Assembly (NCBI GenBank): GCA_020720085.1
Contig: DYPE01000004.1
Location: forward strand, 11,922 to 35,087
DNA from: Dichelobacter nodosus
GTDB taxonomy: Bacteria > Pseudomonadota > Gammaproteobacteria > Beggiatoales > Beggiatoaceae
Direction: 5' to 3'
DNA length: 23,166 bases
Part shown: positions 7,918 through 16,197 of the stretch, piece by piece
How the letters are laid out: every line of letters begins with the position of its first letter
Position numbering within the stretch: the stretch's first letter is position 1
The notes under the pieces: generated by a model
Databases searched by the model: none
What the model was told of the DNA's origin: nothing
What the model saw: only the letters and a program-made list of their open reading frames with translations
Made by a program: the position numbers and the translations under genes

Positions 7918-8410
7918 GTGAACCCTATTTACTTAGACTACAACGCCACCACGCCGATTGATCCGCGCGTAGTGGCAGCAATTCCCGCTGGGGTCGGTCG
8001 TGATGCCACTGACTATGCCATTCAGGTTAAATACGCCATAAAATGGTCAATTTACAACCCTGATTTTACAAGGGCTGACAAGCCAGCGGGAATTGCTGGC
8101 GTAGTGGAAGCGATGCTGCCCTGGTTGTGCGAAGGATTTGGCAATCCATCCTCCGCGCACATTTATGGGCACGCCGCGCACCAAGCAGCGAGTAGCCCGC
8201 ATGAAGTAGCGCGCAATGCGAGATTCCCGGATTCCGCTACGCTTCATCCGGGCTACTTGCTGCACAGCATCCCGCGCACACGGCGCAGTGCGCCTGTCGG
8301 TCGGGCGCTTTACCACCTTTGCCGAGATTGCGCGCGCCGCAGAAGTTTTGAGCGCCGCCTGGTGTACCTTAACCGGACATCTTCCGTATGACCACACTTT
8401 GGCCGGATGA
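7918..8410 (+). pseudogene. Remnant of a class-V aminotransferase / cysteine desulfurase (IscS/NifS-like) gene, with an in-frame 132-bp insertion, an internal deletion and frame changes
   Basis: The N-terminus MNPIYLDYNATTPIDPRVV...EAMLPWLCEGFGNPSSAHIYG matches the IscS start (IYLDY.ATTP.DPRV ... GNP.S..H). A different frame at 8216-8410 gives VRLSVGRFTTFAEIARAAEVL, matching the IscS C-terminal IRFSLGRFTTEEEID. Only ~0.5 kb remains of an expected ~1.2 kb gene. Confidence 0.65.
7976..8098. mobile_element. MITE-like 123-bp element with 16-bp perfect terminal inverted repeats and a 9-bp target-site duplication, inserted in-frame in the cysteine-desulfurase remnant
   Basis: cagcaattcccgctgg (7976-7991) is the reverse complement of ccagcgggaattgctg (8083-8098). 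A direct repeat gcgtagtgg flanks both ends (7967-7975 and 8099-8107); it encodes the duplicated RVV/VVE of the IscS N-terminus. The 123 + 9 = 132 bp adds 44 codons with no stop. Confidence 0.5.
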
Positions 8411-8819
8411 ACATTACCGTGCGCAACTTGAACGTTTGCGCGGCGCGATTGGGCGAACGGTGTATTTGATTGAACTCCACCCCAGCGCGATGCAACTGGG
8501 CATTTCCCTCACGGGCACTGCGTATGTGTTGTTGGACGTACTGCCTTTTCCCCGTCCTGACCCGACGCGCGGGCTTGCGCCGCACATGCTGGTGCTGGAT
8601 GACGGGCGCGGAGTGAATTTAGGGCGCATTGTGCGGGTGAGTTATCAACCGTTTACCGCAGATGCAGTGGAGATTGTGTATCAAGACGCCCATGCCGCCG
8701 AAACGCTTGTATTTGCGCCACGCCGCTTGTGCCAAGAACGGATTGCCGAATGCTCGCGGCAGGCGTTGGCGATGATTTTGGGCAAGCCCTTGCCGCCATT
8801 GTTAGAGCCGCCGCAATGA
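8388..8819 (+). CDS. Hypothetical protein (143 aa), translationally coupled to the downstream methyltransferase
   Basis: ORF whose stop overlaps the methyltransferase start (ATGA at 8816-8819). No recognisable family. Partly overlaps the pseudogene remnant, so it is uncertain. Confidence 0.4.
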   Translation: MTTLWPDEHYRAQLERLRGAIGRTVYLIELHPSAMQLGISLTGTAYVLLDVLPFPRPDPTRGLAPHMLVLDDGRGVNLGRIVRVSYQPFTADAVEIVYQDAHAAETLVFAPRRLCQERIAECSRQALAMILGKPLPPLLEPPQ

Positions 8820-9457
8820 CACGCGAAGAGGTGGTTCGCTATCACGCCTGGTACGCCACGCCGCGCGGCGCGTGGATGGCGGCGTGCGAGCTTGCTTTGT
8901 TGCGGGACTTGCTGCATCCTGAGCCGGAAGAACGTCTCCTGGACGTGGGCTGCGGCACAGGCTTTTTCAGCAGCCAATTTGCTGATTGGGGCTTGCATGT
9001 GACCGGCCTTGACCCGGACAGCGCGAGGCTGGACTTCGCCCGCCAACACGACCAGCGGATTGATTGGCTGGTGGGTCAAGCAGAAACGCTGCCGTTTGCT
9101 GACGCGCAATTTGATTACGCCGCCGCCATCACCAGTTTGTGCTTTGTAGCGCGACCCGCGCAAGCCTTGCAAGAACTGTGGCGCGTCAGCCGCCGTGCAG
9201 TGATTCTGGGGTTGCTCCACCGCCACAGCCTGTTGTGGTGGCACAAACGCCACGCGCTGGGCTATCGGGGCGCACGCTGGGATACCCTGGCAGATGTCCG
9301 CACTTGGGCAAAAGCCTTGCAGCCCGCGCCACAATTGGCTTGGCGCTACGGAATTTTTGAGCCATCCGCCAGCGGTTTCGCGCAAATAGTGGAATCCCGC
9401 CTGTCGCCACGCTTACCGCTGGGCGGATTTTTGGCAGTGGCATGGCGGCGCACATAA
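8816..9457 (+). CDS. Class I SAM-dependent methyltransferase (Methyltransf_11-like)
   Basis: Motif I LLDVGCGTGFFSSQFADWGLHVTGLDPD and a post-I acidic residue. Motif II/III region DWLVGQAETLPFADAQFDYAAAITSLCF...RRAVILGL. The ORF track extends upstream to 8729; ATG 8816 (MTREEVV) is preferred because of the ATGA coupling. Confidence 0.75.
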   Translation: MTREEVVRYHAWYATPRGAWMAACELALLRDLLHPEPEERLLDVGCGTGFFSSQFADWGLHVTGLDPDSARLDFARQHDQRIDWLVGQAETLPFADAQFDYAAAITSLCFVARPAQALQELWRVSRRAVILGLLHRHSLLWWHKRHALGYRGARWDTLADVRTWAKALQPAPQLAWRYGIFEPSASGFAQIVESRLSPRLPLGGFLAVAWRRT

Positions 9458-9517
9458 CCTATTCACTTATTTTGATTCGCTTTCTTAACTTCAACTGTAA
9501 AAAAAGGAGTCTTTCCT

Positions 9518-10030
9518 ATGAAAACAACCATGCGTTTTTTCCAAGCCGGAATCGTGGGCATTGCGCTGGGCTGCGCACACATCAGCTATGCGGCGGACGC
9601 GCCGCGCCCGGATGACAGTTTCGCCTTGAAAGGCGTAGAAGTCGGCAAGGTCGCGTTTGACATCACGCCTGGCGACGCCAAAAAATTGGCGCTGTTCTTA
9701 AAAGTCATCGCGCAAACCCATGCGGATTTGCTTCGCCAAAACGTCAAACCCGACATGGTGTTGGTATTTCACGGCGCAGCAGTACAATTGATCACCAGCG
9801 AGTATCCGGCGGATTTGGCGTTGGACGATGAAGACGCACGCAAAGAAATTGCCTCAATTTTGGCGGATTTACATCATAAAGGGGTGCGAATTGAGGCGTG
9901 TTCAATTGCCACTGAGTTGTTTAAGGTCAATACCCAGGCTTTGTTGCCAGGCATTGTGTTGGTAGGTAATACCTTTGTGTCGCAAATTGGCTATCAGGCG
10001 AAAGGATATGCGATTATTCCGGTGAATTAG
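9518..10030 (+). CDS. Exported protein (Sec signal peptide), tentatively DsrE/DsrF-like fold
   Basis: Excellent RBS aaaaaggag. Signal peptide MKTTMRFFQAGIVGIALGCAHISYA-AD. The mature ~145-aa domain (MVLVFHGAAV...GVRIEACSIAT) is reminiscent of DsrE/DsrF-like sulfur-relay-fold proteins. The family assignment is a low-confidence guess. Confidence 0.55.
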   Translation: MKTTMRFFQAGIVGIALGCAHISYAADAPRPDDSFALKGVEVGKVAFDITPGDAKKLALFLKVIAQTHADLLRQNVKPDMVLVFHGAAVQLITSEYPADLALDDEDARKEIASILADLHHKGVRIEACSIATELFKVNTQALLPGIVLVGNTFVSQIGYQAKGYAIIPVN

Positions 10031-10138
10031 CGCGATTGGATGCGCTCGGCAGGCGGTGCCCTGAGCTTGCCGAAGGGCGGCAATCAATTGCGCTAAACGA
10101 TGCGCTTCGCCAAAAGACGCTCAGCGCATCCTACGCGG

Positions 10139-10190
10139 GCTGCCGGTTTTCCTGATGCACTCATCCACTGCTTGCGCACTGGCGCTTAGG
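10139..10190 (+). repeat. 52-bp direct repeat, copy B (51/52 identical to 6625-6676); right boundary of the putative islet
   Basis: gctgccggttttcctgatgcactcatccactgcttgcgcactggcgcttagg. In frame it would encode AAGFPDALIHCLRTGA*, a duplicate of the phosphoesterase C-terminus. Confidence 0.8.
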
Positions 10191-10270
10191 CGATTACCGG
10201 ACAAGAAAATCCCAGCTTGCAGGCATTTTCTTGGACAGAAATCGCCTTACCCTTGGAAACCTCCGAAAGC

Positions 10271-10837
10271 TTACTGCCCCAGCCGTAGCGCGCGCAGCAA
10301 CCATTGCGCGGGTGGAGCCGATTTCACCGCGATTTTGGCTTGGCCGCGTGTGCCAGAGACAAAGGGGCTGGGATTGGCGCCGGTGTATTCGGTTTGTACT
10401 ACCGCCAGATTCGTTTGCAGCAGCACCGAAGTGAATGTGTTTGTTTGGCCCGGCGCGTGTGCGCCTGGTGGATGCACGGCCACCACAATGGCGGGAATCG
10501 CGCCAAGCGCGCGCGTTGCGCTATCAGGCAGATACACCCATGCGGTTTGGCCCTCTGCGAGAACAGCACTGGCTTGGGGCGGAAAATCGGCCCGCATCAT
10601 GCGTTCTATGTATAATTTGGCGCGTTGGCTAGCGCCTTGGCCATTAAAACGCATGGACGTGGTTTCCTGGTTAAGGACTTCCAGTTGATTACTGGTTTGG
10701 TACAGTGTCAACGGCATGAAAAAAAACCAATAGCTCCATGCCAGTGCCAGCGCTATGGCCAATCCCAACGCAGCCAAAGGGATGCGCGTTAGGTGTGGAT
10801 CCAGTGCCCGTTGCGTGCGTGAAAACGGCGCGGTCAT
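10271..10837 (-). CDS. Hypothetical membrane-anchored protein (N-terminal transmembrane helix, periplasmic domain)
   Basis: Minus-strand ORF with the helix IPLAALGLAIALALAWSYWFFF and natural amino-acid composition. The opposing plus-strand ORF (10155-10688) is Cys/Arg/Trp-rich and looks like a frame artefact. The ORF track begins at GTG 10846; ATG 10837 is preferred. Confidence 0.45.
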   Translation of the reverse strand: MTAPFSRTQRALDPHLTRIPLAALGLAIALALAWSYWFFFMPLTLYQTSNQLEVLNQETTSMRFNGQGASQRAKLYIERMMRADFPPQASAVLAEGQTAWVYLPDSATRALGAIPAIVVAVHPPGAHAPGQTNTFTSVLLQTNLAVVQTEYTGANPSPFVSGTRGQAKIAVKSAPPAQWLLRALRLGQ

Positions 10838-10894
10838 GCGCGCCACCCTGGTAGCGGATACCGGTAGCGGCGTTGCCGGTAGCGGCGCTGGCGG

Positions 10895-11314
10895 TCAGCC
10901 CACATCAACAATACGGTATTCATGCGTGATGTCGGCGGTTTTGTTTAACATATGGGACACAGAGCAGTATTTTTCTGCCGATAAATCAATGGCCCGTTTA
11001 ACATGCACTTCGCTCAGCGCGTTGCCGGTGACAATGAATTGCAGATGAATGCGGGTAAATACTTTTGGTTCGCTGTCCGCACGTTGTGCTTCTAGCAAAA
11101 TCTCGCAATCCGTGATTTCCTGTCGGCTTTTTTTCAAAATACTGATTACGTCCATCGCCGTGCAGCCGCCCAATCCCATCAACACCAATTCCATGGGCCG
11201 GGCACCCAAATTATTGCCGCCAATTTCCGGTGCGCCATCCAGGACAATGGCATGGCCGCTGTCAGCAGTTGCGGTTAGACAAGCGTTTTCCACCCATTTA
11301 ATTCGTGCTTTCAT
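10895..11314 (-). CDS. OsmC/Ohr-family peroxiredoxin-like protein
   Basis: MKARIKWVENA...GHAIVLDGAPEIGGNNLGARPMELVLMGLGGCTAMDVISILKK...HLQFIVTG.ALSE..V.RAIDLSAEKYCSVSHML is the OsmC fold signature, including the conserved Cys pair. RBS aaggaa 9 nt upstream of ATG 11314. The ORF track extends to 11374. Confidence 0.8.
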   Translation of the reverse strand: MKARIKWVENACLTATADSGHAIVLDGAPEIGGNNLGARPMELVLMGLGGCTAMDVISILKKSRQEITDCEILLEAQRADSEPKVFTRIHLQFIVTGNALSEVHVKRAIDLSAEKYCSVSHMLNKTADITHEYRIVDVG

Positions 11315-11349
11315 GTTCCACGGTTCCTTAACTAATTTATGAACTTTAC

Positions 11350-11378
11350 TTGACAACACCGCGCAAAACCGCAAGAAT
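11350..11378 (+). promoter_or_regulatory. Putative sigma70 promoter for tRNA-Met
   Basis: -35 TTGACA at 11350-11355, a 17-nt spacer, and -10 aagaat at 11373-11378. This lies ~16 nt upstream of the tRNA 5' end. Confidence 0.35.
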
Positions 11379-11394
11379 ATGCGCCTTTACGGAC

Positions 11395-11471
11395 GGCTAT
11401 GTAGCTCAGCTGGTTAGAGCGCGGCACTCATAATGCTGAGGTCGGTGGTTCGAGTCCACCCATAGCCACCA
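11395..11471 (+). tRNA. tRNA-Met (anticodon CAT), elongator type
   Basis: 77-nt cloverleaf: acceptor stem GGCTATG/CATAGCC, D-arm GCTC...GAGC, anticodon loop CTCATAA and T-arm GGTGG TTCGAGT CCACC, ending in an encoded CCA. G1-C72 paired and close similarity to enterobacterial metT argue for the elongator type rather than initiator. A lysidine tRNA-Ile2 cannot be fully excluded. Confidence 0.88.
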
Positions 11472-11508
11472 AATACAAAGTCTACCACACTGTTGGAAAG
11501 GCCACAAA

Positions 11509-11545
11509 ACCCGCACAGCTTCATGCTGTTGCGGGTTTTTTTTGC
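11509..11545 (+). terminator. Rho-independent terminator after tRNA-Met
   Basis: A GC-rich hairpin (cccgcacagc ttcat gctgttgcggg) followed by tttttttt. Confidence 0.6.
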
Positions 11546-11614
11546 GTCTTTTGCACGCGCGGTTTATGCTATTTGCATTCTTACCCCCTCATCGCAATTC
11601 ACGGAACCGCACAC

Positions 11615-12745
11615 ATGGGACAACAAACTCCGCTGTATTCGCAGCACTTGGCCGCGCACGCTAAAATCGTCGATTTTGGCGGCTGGGACATGCCATTGCA
11701 TTATGGCTCGCAAGTGCAAGAACATCACCAAGTGCGCACCCACGCGGGCCTGTTTGACGTTTCGCACATGACTGTGGTGGACGCGCATGGCCCGGGCGCG
11801 CGCGATTTCCTGCGCTACGCGCTGGCCAACGACGTGGCGCGCCTGACGGTACCCGGTAAGGCACTGTACAGTTGTATGCTCAATGCCCAGGGCGGCGTGG
11901 TTGATGATTTGATTGTCTATTTTTGGACGCCCGAACACTATCGCTTGGTGGTGAATGCGGCTACGCGCGCCAAGGACTTGGCGTGGTTAAACCACTTGAC
12001 CGCCGGTTTCGCTGTCACGCTGGCGGAACGCGACGATTTGGCCATGCTGGCAGTGCAAGGACCGCACGCACGCGAACGCGCTGTTCCGCTGTTGCCAACG
12101 GCGTTGCACGCGCCTGCGTTGGTATTGCCGCCGTTTCACGCTTGCCAAGACGGCGACTGGATGGTGGCGCGCACCGGCTACACGGGCGAGGATGGCTTTG
12201 AAATTTTGTTGCCCGCGTCGCAAGCTGCGCAAACTTGGGAAGCATTACTGGCTGCTGGCATTGCGCCCGCTGGCCTGGGCGCGCGCGATACCCTGCGCTT
12301 GGAAGCAGGCATGGCGCTGTATGGTCATGAAATGGACGAAACCACCCGGCCTGACGAGGCCGGGCTGGCCTGGACGGTGGCCTGGACGCCACAACGCGAT
12401 TTTGTAGGCCGCGTTGCGCTGGCTGCACAGCCTGCTGCGTACCAACAAGTGGGCATACTGCTTGCCGGCCAGGGCGTGCTGCGCCAAGGCCAAACCTTGT
12501 GGCACAATGGCGCGCTCGCTGGCCAAATCACCAGCGGCGGCTTTGCGCCCACGCTCAACGCCTCCATTGCCCTGGCACGTGTGGCTACGCAGCACACAGC
12601 GGTGTCTGCCGTTGCCGCCCATGGCTGGGAGGTGGAAATCCGGGGCAGTGCACAGCGCTGCCGTCGTTTGTCGGTACAACGGGTAAAACCGCCATTCGCC
12701 CGCCATGGTGGGTCATGCTATACCCAATTACCGGCGGCTGAATAA
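11615..12745 (+). CDS. gcvT: Glycine cleavage system T protein (aminomethyltransferase)
   Basis: MGQQTPLYSQHLAAHAKIVDFGGWDMPLHYGS...HQVRTHAGLFDVSHM...ARTGYTGEDGFEI is the classic GcvT signature. The ORF track starts at 11573; ATG 11615 matches the family N-terminus. Confidence 0.9.
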   Translation: MGQQTPLYSQHLAAHAKIVDFGGWDMPLHYGSQVQEHHQVRTHAGLFDVSHMTVVDAHGPGARDFLRYALANDVARLTVPGKALYSCMLNAQGGVVDDLIVYFWTPEHYRLVVNAATRAKDLAWLNHLTAGFAVTLAERDDLAMLAVQGPHARERAVPLLPTALHAPALVLPPFHACQDGDWMVARTGYTGEDGFEILLPASQAAQTWEALLAAGIAPAGLGARDTLRLEAGMALYGHEMDETTRPDEAGLAWTVAWTPQRDFVGRVALAAQPAAYQQVGILLAGQGVLRQGQTLWHNGALAGQITSGGFAPTLNASIALARVATQHTAVSAVAAHGWEVEIRGSAQRCRRLSVQRVKPPFARHGGSCYTQLPAAE

Positions 12746-12810
12746 CTTCTGTTTTATCAAGATCCATTATTTTTTAACAACTTTTCGTCCAATCACTGGA
12801 GAGAACAATC

Positions 12811-13200
12811 ATGAGTGACATCTTAGAGGAATTGAAATACACCGAAGAACATGAGTGGGTTCGTGACGAAGGCAATGGCATGGCCACAATAGGCATCACG
12901 GATCATGCGCAGAGCCAATTGGGCGACGTGGTGTATGTGGAATTGCCCGAAGTGGGCGCACGTTATGCAGCGGGTGATGCCTGTGCCTTAGTGGAATCGG
13001 TTAAGGCGGCTTCCGATGTGTACAATCCGCTGGACGGTGAGGTCACGGCGGTCAACGACAGCCTGAATGACAATCCGCAAAGCGTGAACCACGATCCCTA
13101 TGGCGACGGTTGGTTGTACCGTCTGAAAGTCAGCGACACTGACCTTAGCCACTTGATGTCTGCCGAGGAATACGCTGCACTCGTGGCGGAAGAAGAATAA
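12811..13200 (+). CDS. gcvH: Glycine cleavage system H protein (lipoyl carrier)
   Basis: YTEEHEWVR...GITDHAQSQLGDVVYVELPEVG...ESVKAASDVYNPLDGEV contains the lipoyl-Lys motif ESVKA. RBS ggagag. Confidence 0.9.
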   Translation: MSDILEELKYTEEHEWVRDEGNGMATIGITDHAQSQLGDVVYVELPEVGARYAAGDACALVESVKAASDVYNPLDGEVTAVNDSLNDNPQSVNHDPYGDGWLYRLKVSDTDLSHLMSAEEYAALVAEEE

Positions 13201-13203
13201 GCC

Positions 13204-14622
13204 ATGCCCTACATCCCACACACGCCCGCTGAAATCCAGGAAATGCTCGCAACGTTGGGAATGGCGTCCACTGAGGCGTTATTCGCTGAAATTCCGCTGG
13301 CGTTGCGCAGTCCGCCGTTGAATGGCTTACCGCCTGGCATGAATGAGGCAGAAATCAGCCGCCTCATGCACAGCCGTGCGCGCCAAGACAGCGGCGGCAT
13401 ATGCTTTATCGGCGCTGGTGCTTACGAACACCATATTCCGGCAGCGGTGTGGGAATTGGCCAGCCGTGGCGAATTTTACTCCGCCTATACGCCCTATCAG
13501 GCTGAAGCCAGCCAAGGCACGTTACAGGTGATGTACGAATTCCAATCCATGATGGCCACGCTGACGGGCATGGACGTATCTAATGCCTCACTGTACGACG
13601 GGGCCTCCGCACTGGCAGAAGCGATTTTGATGGCGCTGCGGCTGGCGCGCAATGCGCCGCGCCGCGTGCTGGTGCCGCGCACCTTGCCGCCGCGTTACCG
13701 CGACGTGGCGCGCACGCTGGTGAAAAACCAAGGCATTGAATTGGTGGAGGTGGCGTTTGATCCGCACAGCGGCCAAACCTTGCCATCCCATTTCGATCAA
13801 GCGTTGGCGCAAGCGGGCGGCGCGGCAGCGCTGGTCATCCCGCAACCGAATTTTTTTGGCGTGATCGAGGAGGTGGACGCTTGCGTAGCGTGGGCCGCCG
13901 CGCAACAGCCCGCGCTCATGACCATTGCAGTGGCCAATCCGTTGGCCTTGGCCATTCTCGCGCCGCCAGGCGAATGGGGCGGCCAGGGCGTGGACATCGC
14001 GTGCGGCGAAGCGCAGCCGCTGGGCATTCCGCTGTCCTCTGGCGGCCCTTACCTGGGCTACTTATGCTGTAAAAACGAGCACATCCGCCAACTGCCCGGG
14101 CGCATTGCCGGACGCACCACCGACGTGGAAGGCAATCCTGGCTTCACGCTCACCTTGCAAGCGCGCGAGCAGCATATCCGCCGCGCCAAGGCTACGTCGA
14201 ATATTTGCACCAACCAAGGGCTGATGATGATTGCCTCAACCATTTATATGGCGTTGCAAGGTGCAGAAGGCTTGGCGCAAACCGCATGGGCGTGTCACCA
14301 TAACACGCTGGCGTTGCGGCAAAAATTGACTGCCATTCCAGGCGTTGCAACGGTATTTGACGCGCCCGTGTTCCATGAGGCGGTGTTGCGTTTACCAGTG
14401 GACGCACGCGAAGCGCTGCGTATTTTGGCCGCACACAATATCCTCGGTGGCTATGCCTTACAAGACGATTATCCTGAGTTGGGTAATGCTGTGCTGGTGT
14501 GCGCCACGGAACAACGCACCGACGAAGAGATGGAACAATACGCCGCGCATCTGCGCCGCGTGTTGCACCAAAACAGCGCCAGCTCGTGCAAGATGCCGCC
14601 CGCATCCATCTTCTCAACTTAG
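13204..14622 (+). CDS. gcvPA: Glycine dehydrogenase (decarboxylating) subunit 1, the N-terminal half of a split P-protein
   Basis: The N-terminus [31 protein letters not shown] and a ~470-aa length match GcvPA. The start is 4 nt after the gcvH stop. No gcvPB follows. Confidence 0.85.
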   Translation: MPYIPHTPAEIQEMLATLGMASTEALFAEIPLALRSPPLNGLPPGMNEAEISRLMHSRARQDSGGICFIGAGAYEHHIPAAVWELASRGEFYSAYTPYQAEASQGTLQVMYEFQSMMATLTGMDVSNASLYDGASALAEAILMALRLARNAPRRVLVPRTLPPRYRDVARTLVKNQGIELVEVAFDPHSGQTLPSHFDQALAQAGGAAALVIPQPNFFGVIEEVDACVAWAAAQQPALMTIAVANPLALAILAPPGEWGGQGVDIACGEAQPLGIPLSSGGPYLGYLCCKNEHIRQLPGRIAGRTTDVEGNPGFTLTLQAREQHIRRAKATSNICTNQGLMMIASTIYMALQGAEGLAQTAWACHHNTLALRQKLTAIPGVATVFDAPVFHEAVLRLPVDAREALRILAAHNILGGYALQDDYPELGNAVLVCATEQRTDEEMEQYAAHLRRVLHQNSASSCKMPPASIFST

Positions 14623-16040
14623 CGCGGAATTTTCGCTGCGGCGGGCTTTTTGTTGGCCGTCGCAGCGGCGGTGTTCCCGCCAACGGCGGATTCGCGCGGG
14701 AACACTTGCTGTAGCGTGTCGTAAAATTCCCGCACGCGCATCACAAAATGCACGGCCTCGAACCCGCGCGAATAGCCGTGGCGGGTTTGGCTGTGCCAAC
14801 CGGGTTGGCTCAGCTTGCGCAAATACGCTTGCACATCCACCCAGTGGTTAGGATCCGCGCCGTAACGCGCCGTCAATGTGCGCGCGTCCTCCACATGACC
14901 TTGACCTTGATTGTATGCGGCCAAGGCCAGCCAAGTTCGATCCGGTTCAGGAATTTCCAGCGGCACGTCCGTGAGTATCATGTGAAAATAGCGGCTGCCG
15001 CCATCAATGCTTTGCGCAGAATCCGCGCGATCTTGTACACCCATGCGTTTTGCCGTTTCCTCTGTGAGTTGCATCACGCCGCGCACACCCGTGGGCGATA
15101 CCGCGTGCGCGTCCCAGCGCGATTCCTGGTAAGCGATTGCTGCAAGCAAGCGCCAATCCAGCCCCAGCTCAGTTGCGGCTTTAACGAACAGTGGGCGGAG
15201 CTTAGGCAGGCGTTGTTCTATATGTTCATGAAATGTTTTGGTATGTACATAATCAAAATCTTCCATATGGCCATAATAACGATCCAGCAAACGCGCCAGC
15301 TCGCCGCTTGCGCGCAATTGGTTGAAGAAACGCAAGGCGGCTAAGTATAGGCTGTCATCGTCGCTTAACCGTGGAAACATCCAGGCCAAGGGCAGGTCGT
15401 CAGTGAGATCGAAGGCGGCGCGTAAATTAGGCCAACGGCGTTGGTAATACGCCAGTTCGTTGGAATATACCACCGTATAATCAATCGTTTGCTCATCCAC
15501 TTGCTGTAACAATTCGCGACTGGCGGACAACTGACTTTCACCCCAGACCAGGCCAGGGTTCTGTGCGCGCAATTGTTGCAATGGCAACAAATAATCTGGG
15601 TTGGCTTCCACGAACAGGCAGGTGCCGGTATGGACTAAATCTTCCGGCCCTTGGGGCTGGCGGCTGCCGTTGCGGTATACCAATTCCGCGCGCACCGTTT
15701 GGTAGCTGGGGCCAAAACGCACGTAGTTACGGCGCTCTGGGGTAACCGCCAAACCAGCAGCGGCCAAATGCGCACGCTTGCTGGCGGTCAAATGCAGCAC
15801 TTGATCGGAGTTTTCTGCCAGGATTAGTTCCATATGCACGCCCAACTCGCGCGCGAAACGCGCGGCAAGTTCGTATTCTAGGCCATCTTCCTGGCCATTT
15901 TCAGCGCGTTGGTAGGTGGTTGGACTCGCGCGCGTGACTACCACCAGCTTGCCTTCGGCTTGGATACGCTCCAGCAAAGTCATTTTAGAATGATAAAACG
16001 TATGCACAAACCCAAGGAACATAATCAGCAAAATTTTCAT
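14619..16040 (-). CDS. mltF: Membrane-bound lytic murein transglycosylase F (periplasmic solute-binding-like domain plus SLT domain)
   Basis: Signal peptide [16 protein letters not shown]. An SBP_bac_3-like N-terminal domain. The C-terminal SLT motifs are [30 protein letters not shown]. Convergent with gcvPA, whose 3' end it overlaps by 4 nt. Confidence 0.85.
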   Translation of the reverse strand: MKILLIMFLGFVHTFYHSKMTLLERIQAEGKLVVVTRASPTTYQRAENGQEDGLEYELAARFARELGVHMELILAENSDQVLHLTASKRAHLAAAGLAVTPERRNYVRFGPSYQTVRAELVYRNGSRQPQGPEDLVHTGTCLFVEANPDYLLPLQQLRAQNPGLVWGESQLSASRELLQQVDEQTIDYTVVYSNELAYYQRRWPNLRAAFDLTDDLPLAWMFPRLSDDDSLYLAALRFFNQLRASGELARLLDRYYGHMEDFDYVHTKTFHEHIEQRLPKLRPLFVKAATELGLDWRLLAAIAYQESRWDAHAVSPTGVRGVMQLTEETAKRMGVQDRADSAQSIDGGSRYFHMILTDVPLEIPEPDRTWLALAAYNQGQGHVEDARTLTARYGADPNHWVDVQAYLRKLSQPGWHSQTRHGYSRGFEAVHFVMRVREFYDTLQQVFPRESAVGGNTAAATANKKPAAAKIPR

Positions 16041-16130
16041 TTTTTCGTAGGGTCGGTAGCCTGGAATTGTCCCCGTGCGAGGGGGCCATAAACGTAGGGC
16101 GGATTAAGGCGCGTGGGTCTGCGCCGTATC

Positions 16131-16190
16131 CGCCAACGACGGCGCTCCCGTCAACGGCGGCGTTCCCGCCAACGACGGCGTCCCGTCAAT
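16131..16190. repeat. Degenerate 18-bp tandem repeat (~3.3 units; ccgYcaacgRcggcgYtc) in the mltF upstream / GT2 downstream spacer
   Basis: ccgccaacgacggcgctc ccgtcaacggcggcgttc ccgccaacgacggcgtc ccgtcaatc, visible directly in the sequence. Confidence 0.6.
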
Positions 16191-16197
16191 CTTGGCT

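Noticed and set aside
10155-10688. 177-aa plus-strand ORF overlapping the minus-strand hypothetical gene
   Set aside because: Its Cys/Arg/Trp/Pro-rich composition is characteristic of an out-of-frame read of GC-rich coding DNA. The minus-strand ORF has a transmembrane helix and normal composition.
11546-11614. Looked for a glycine riboswitch upstream of gcvT
   Set aside because: Only ~70 nt separate the tRNA terminator from the gcvT start, and no conserved glycine-aptamer sequence motifs could be recognised by eye.
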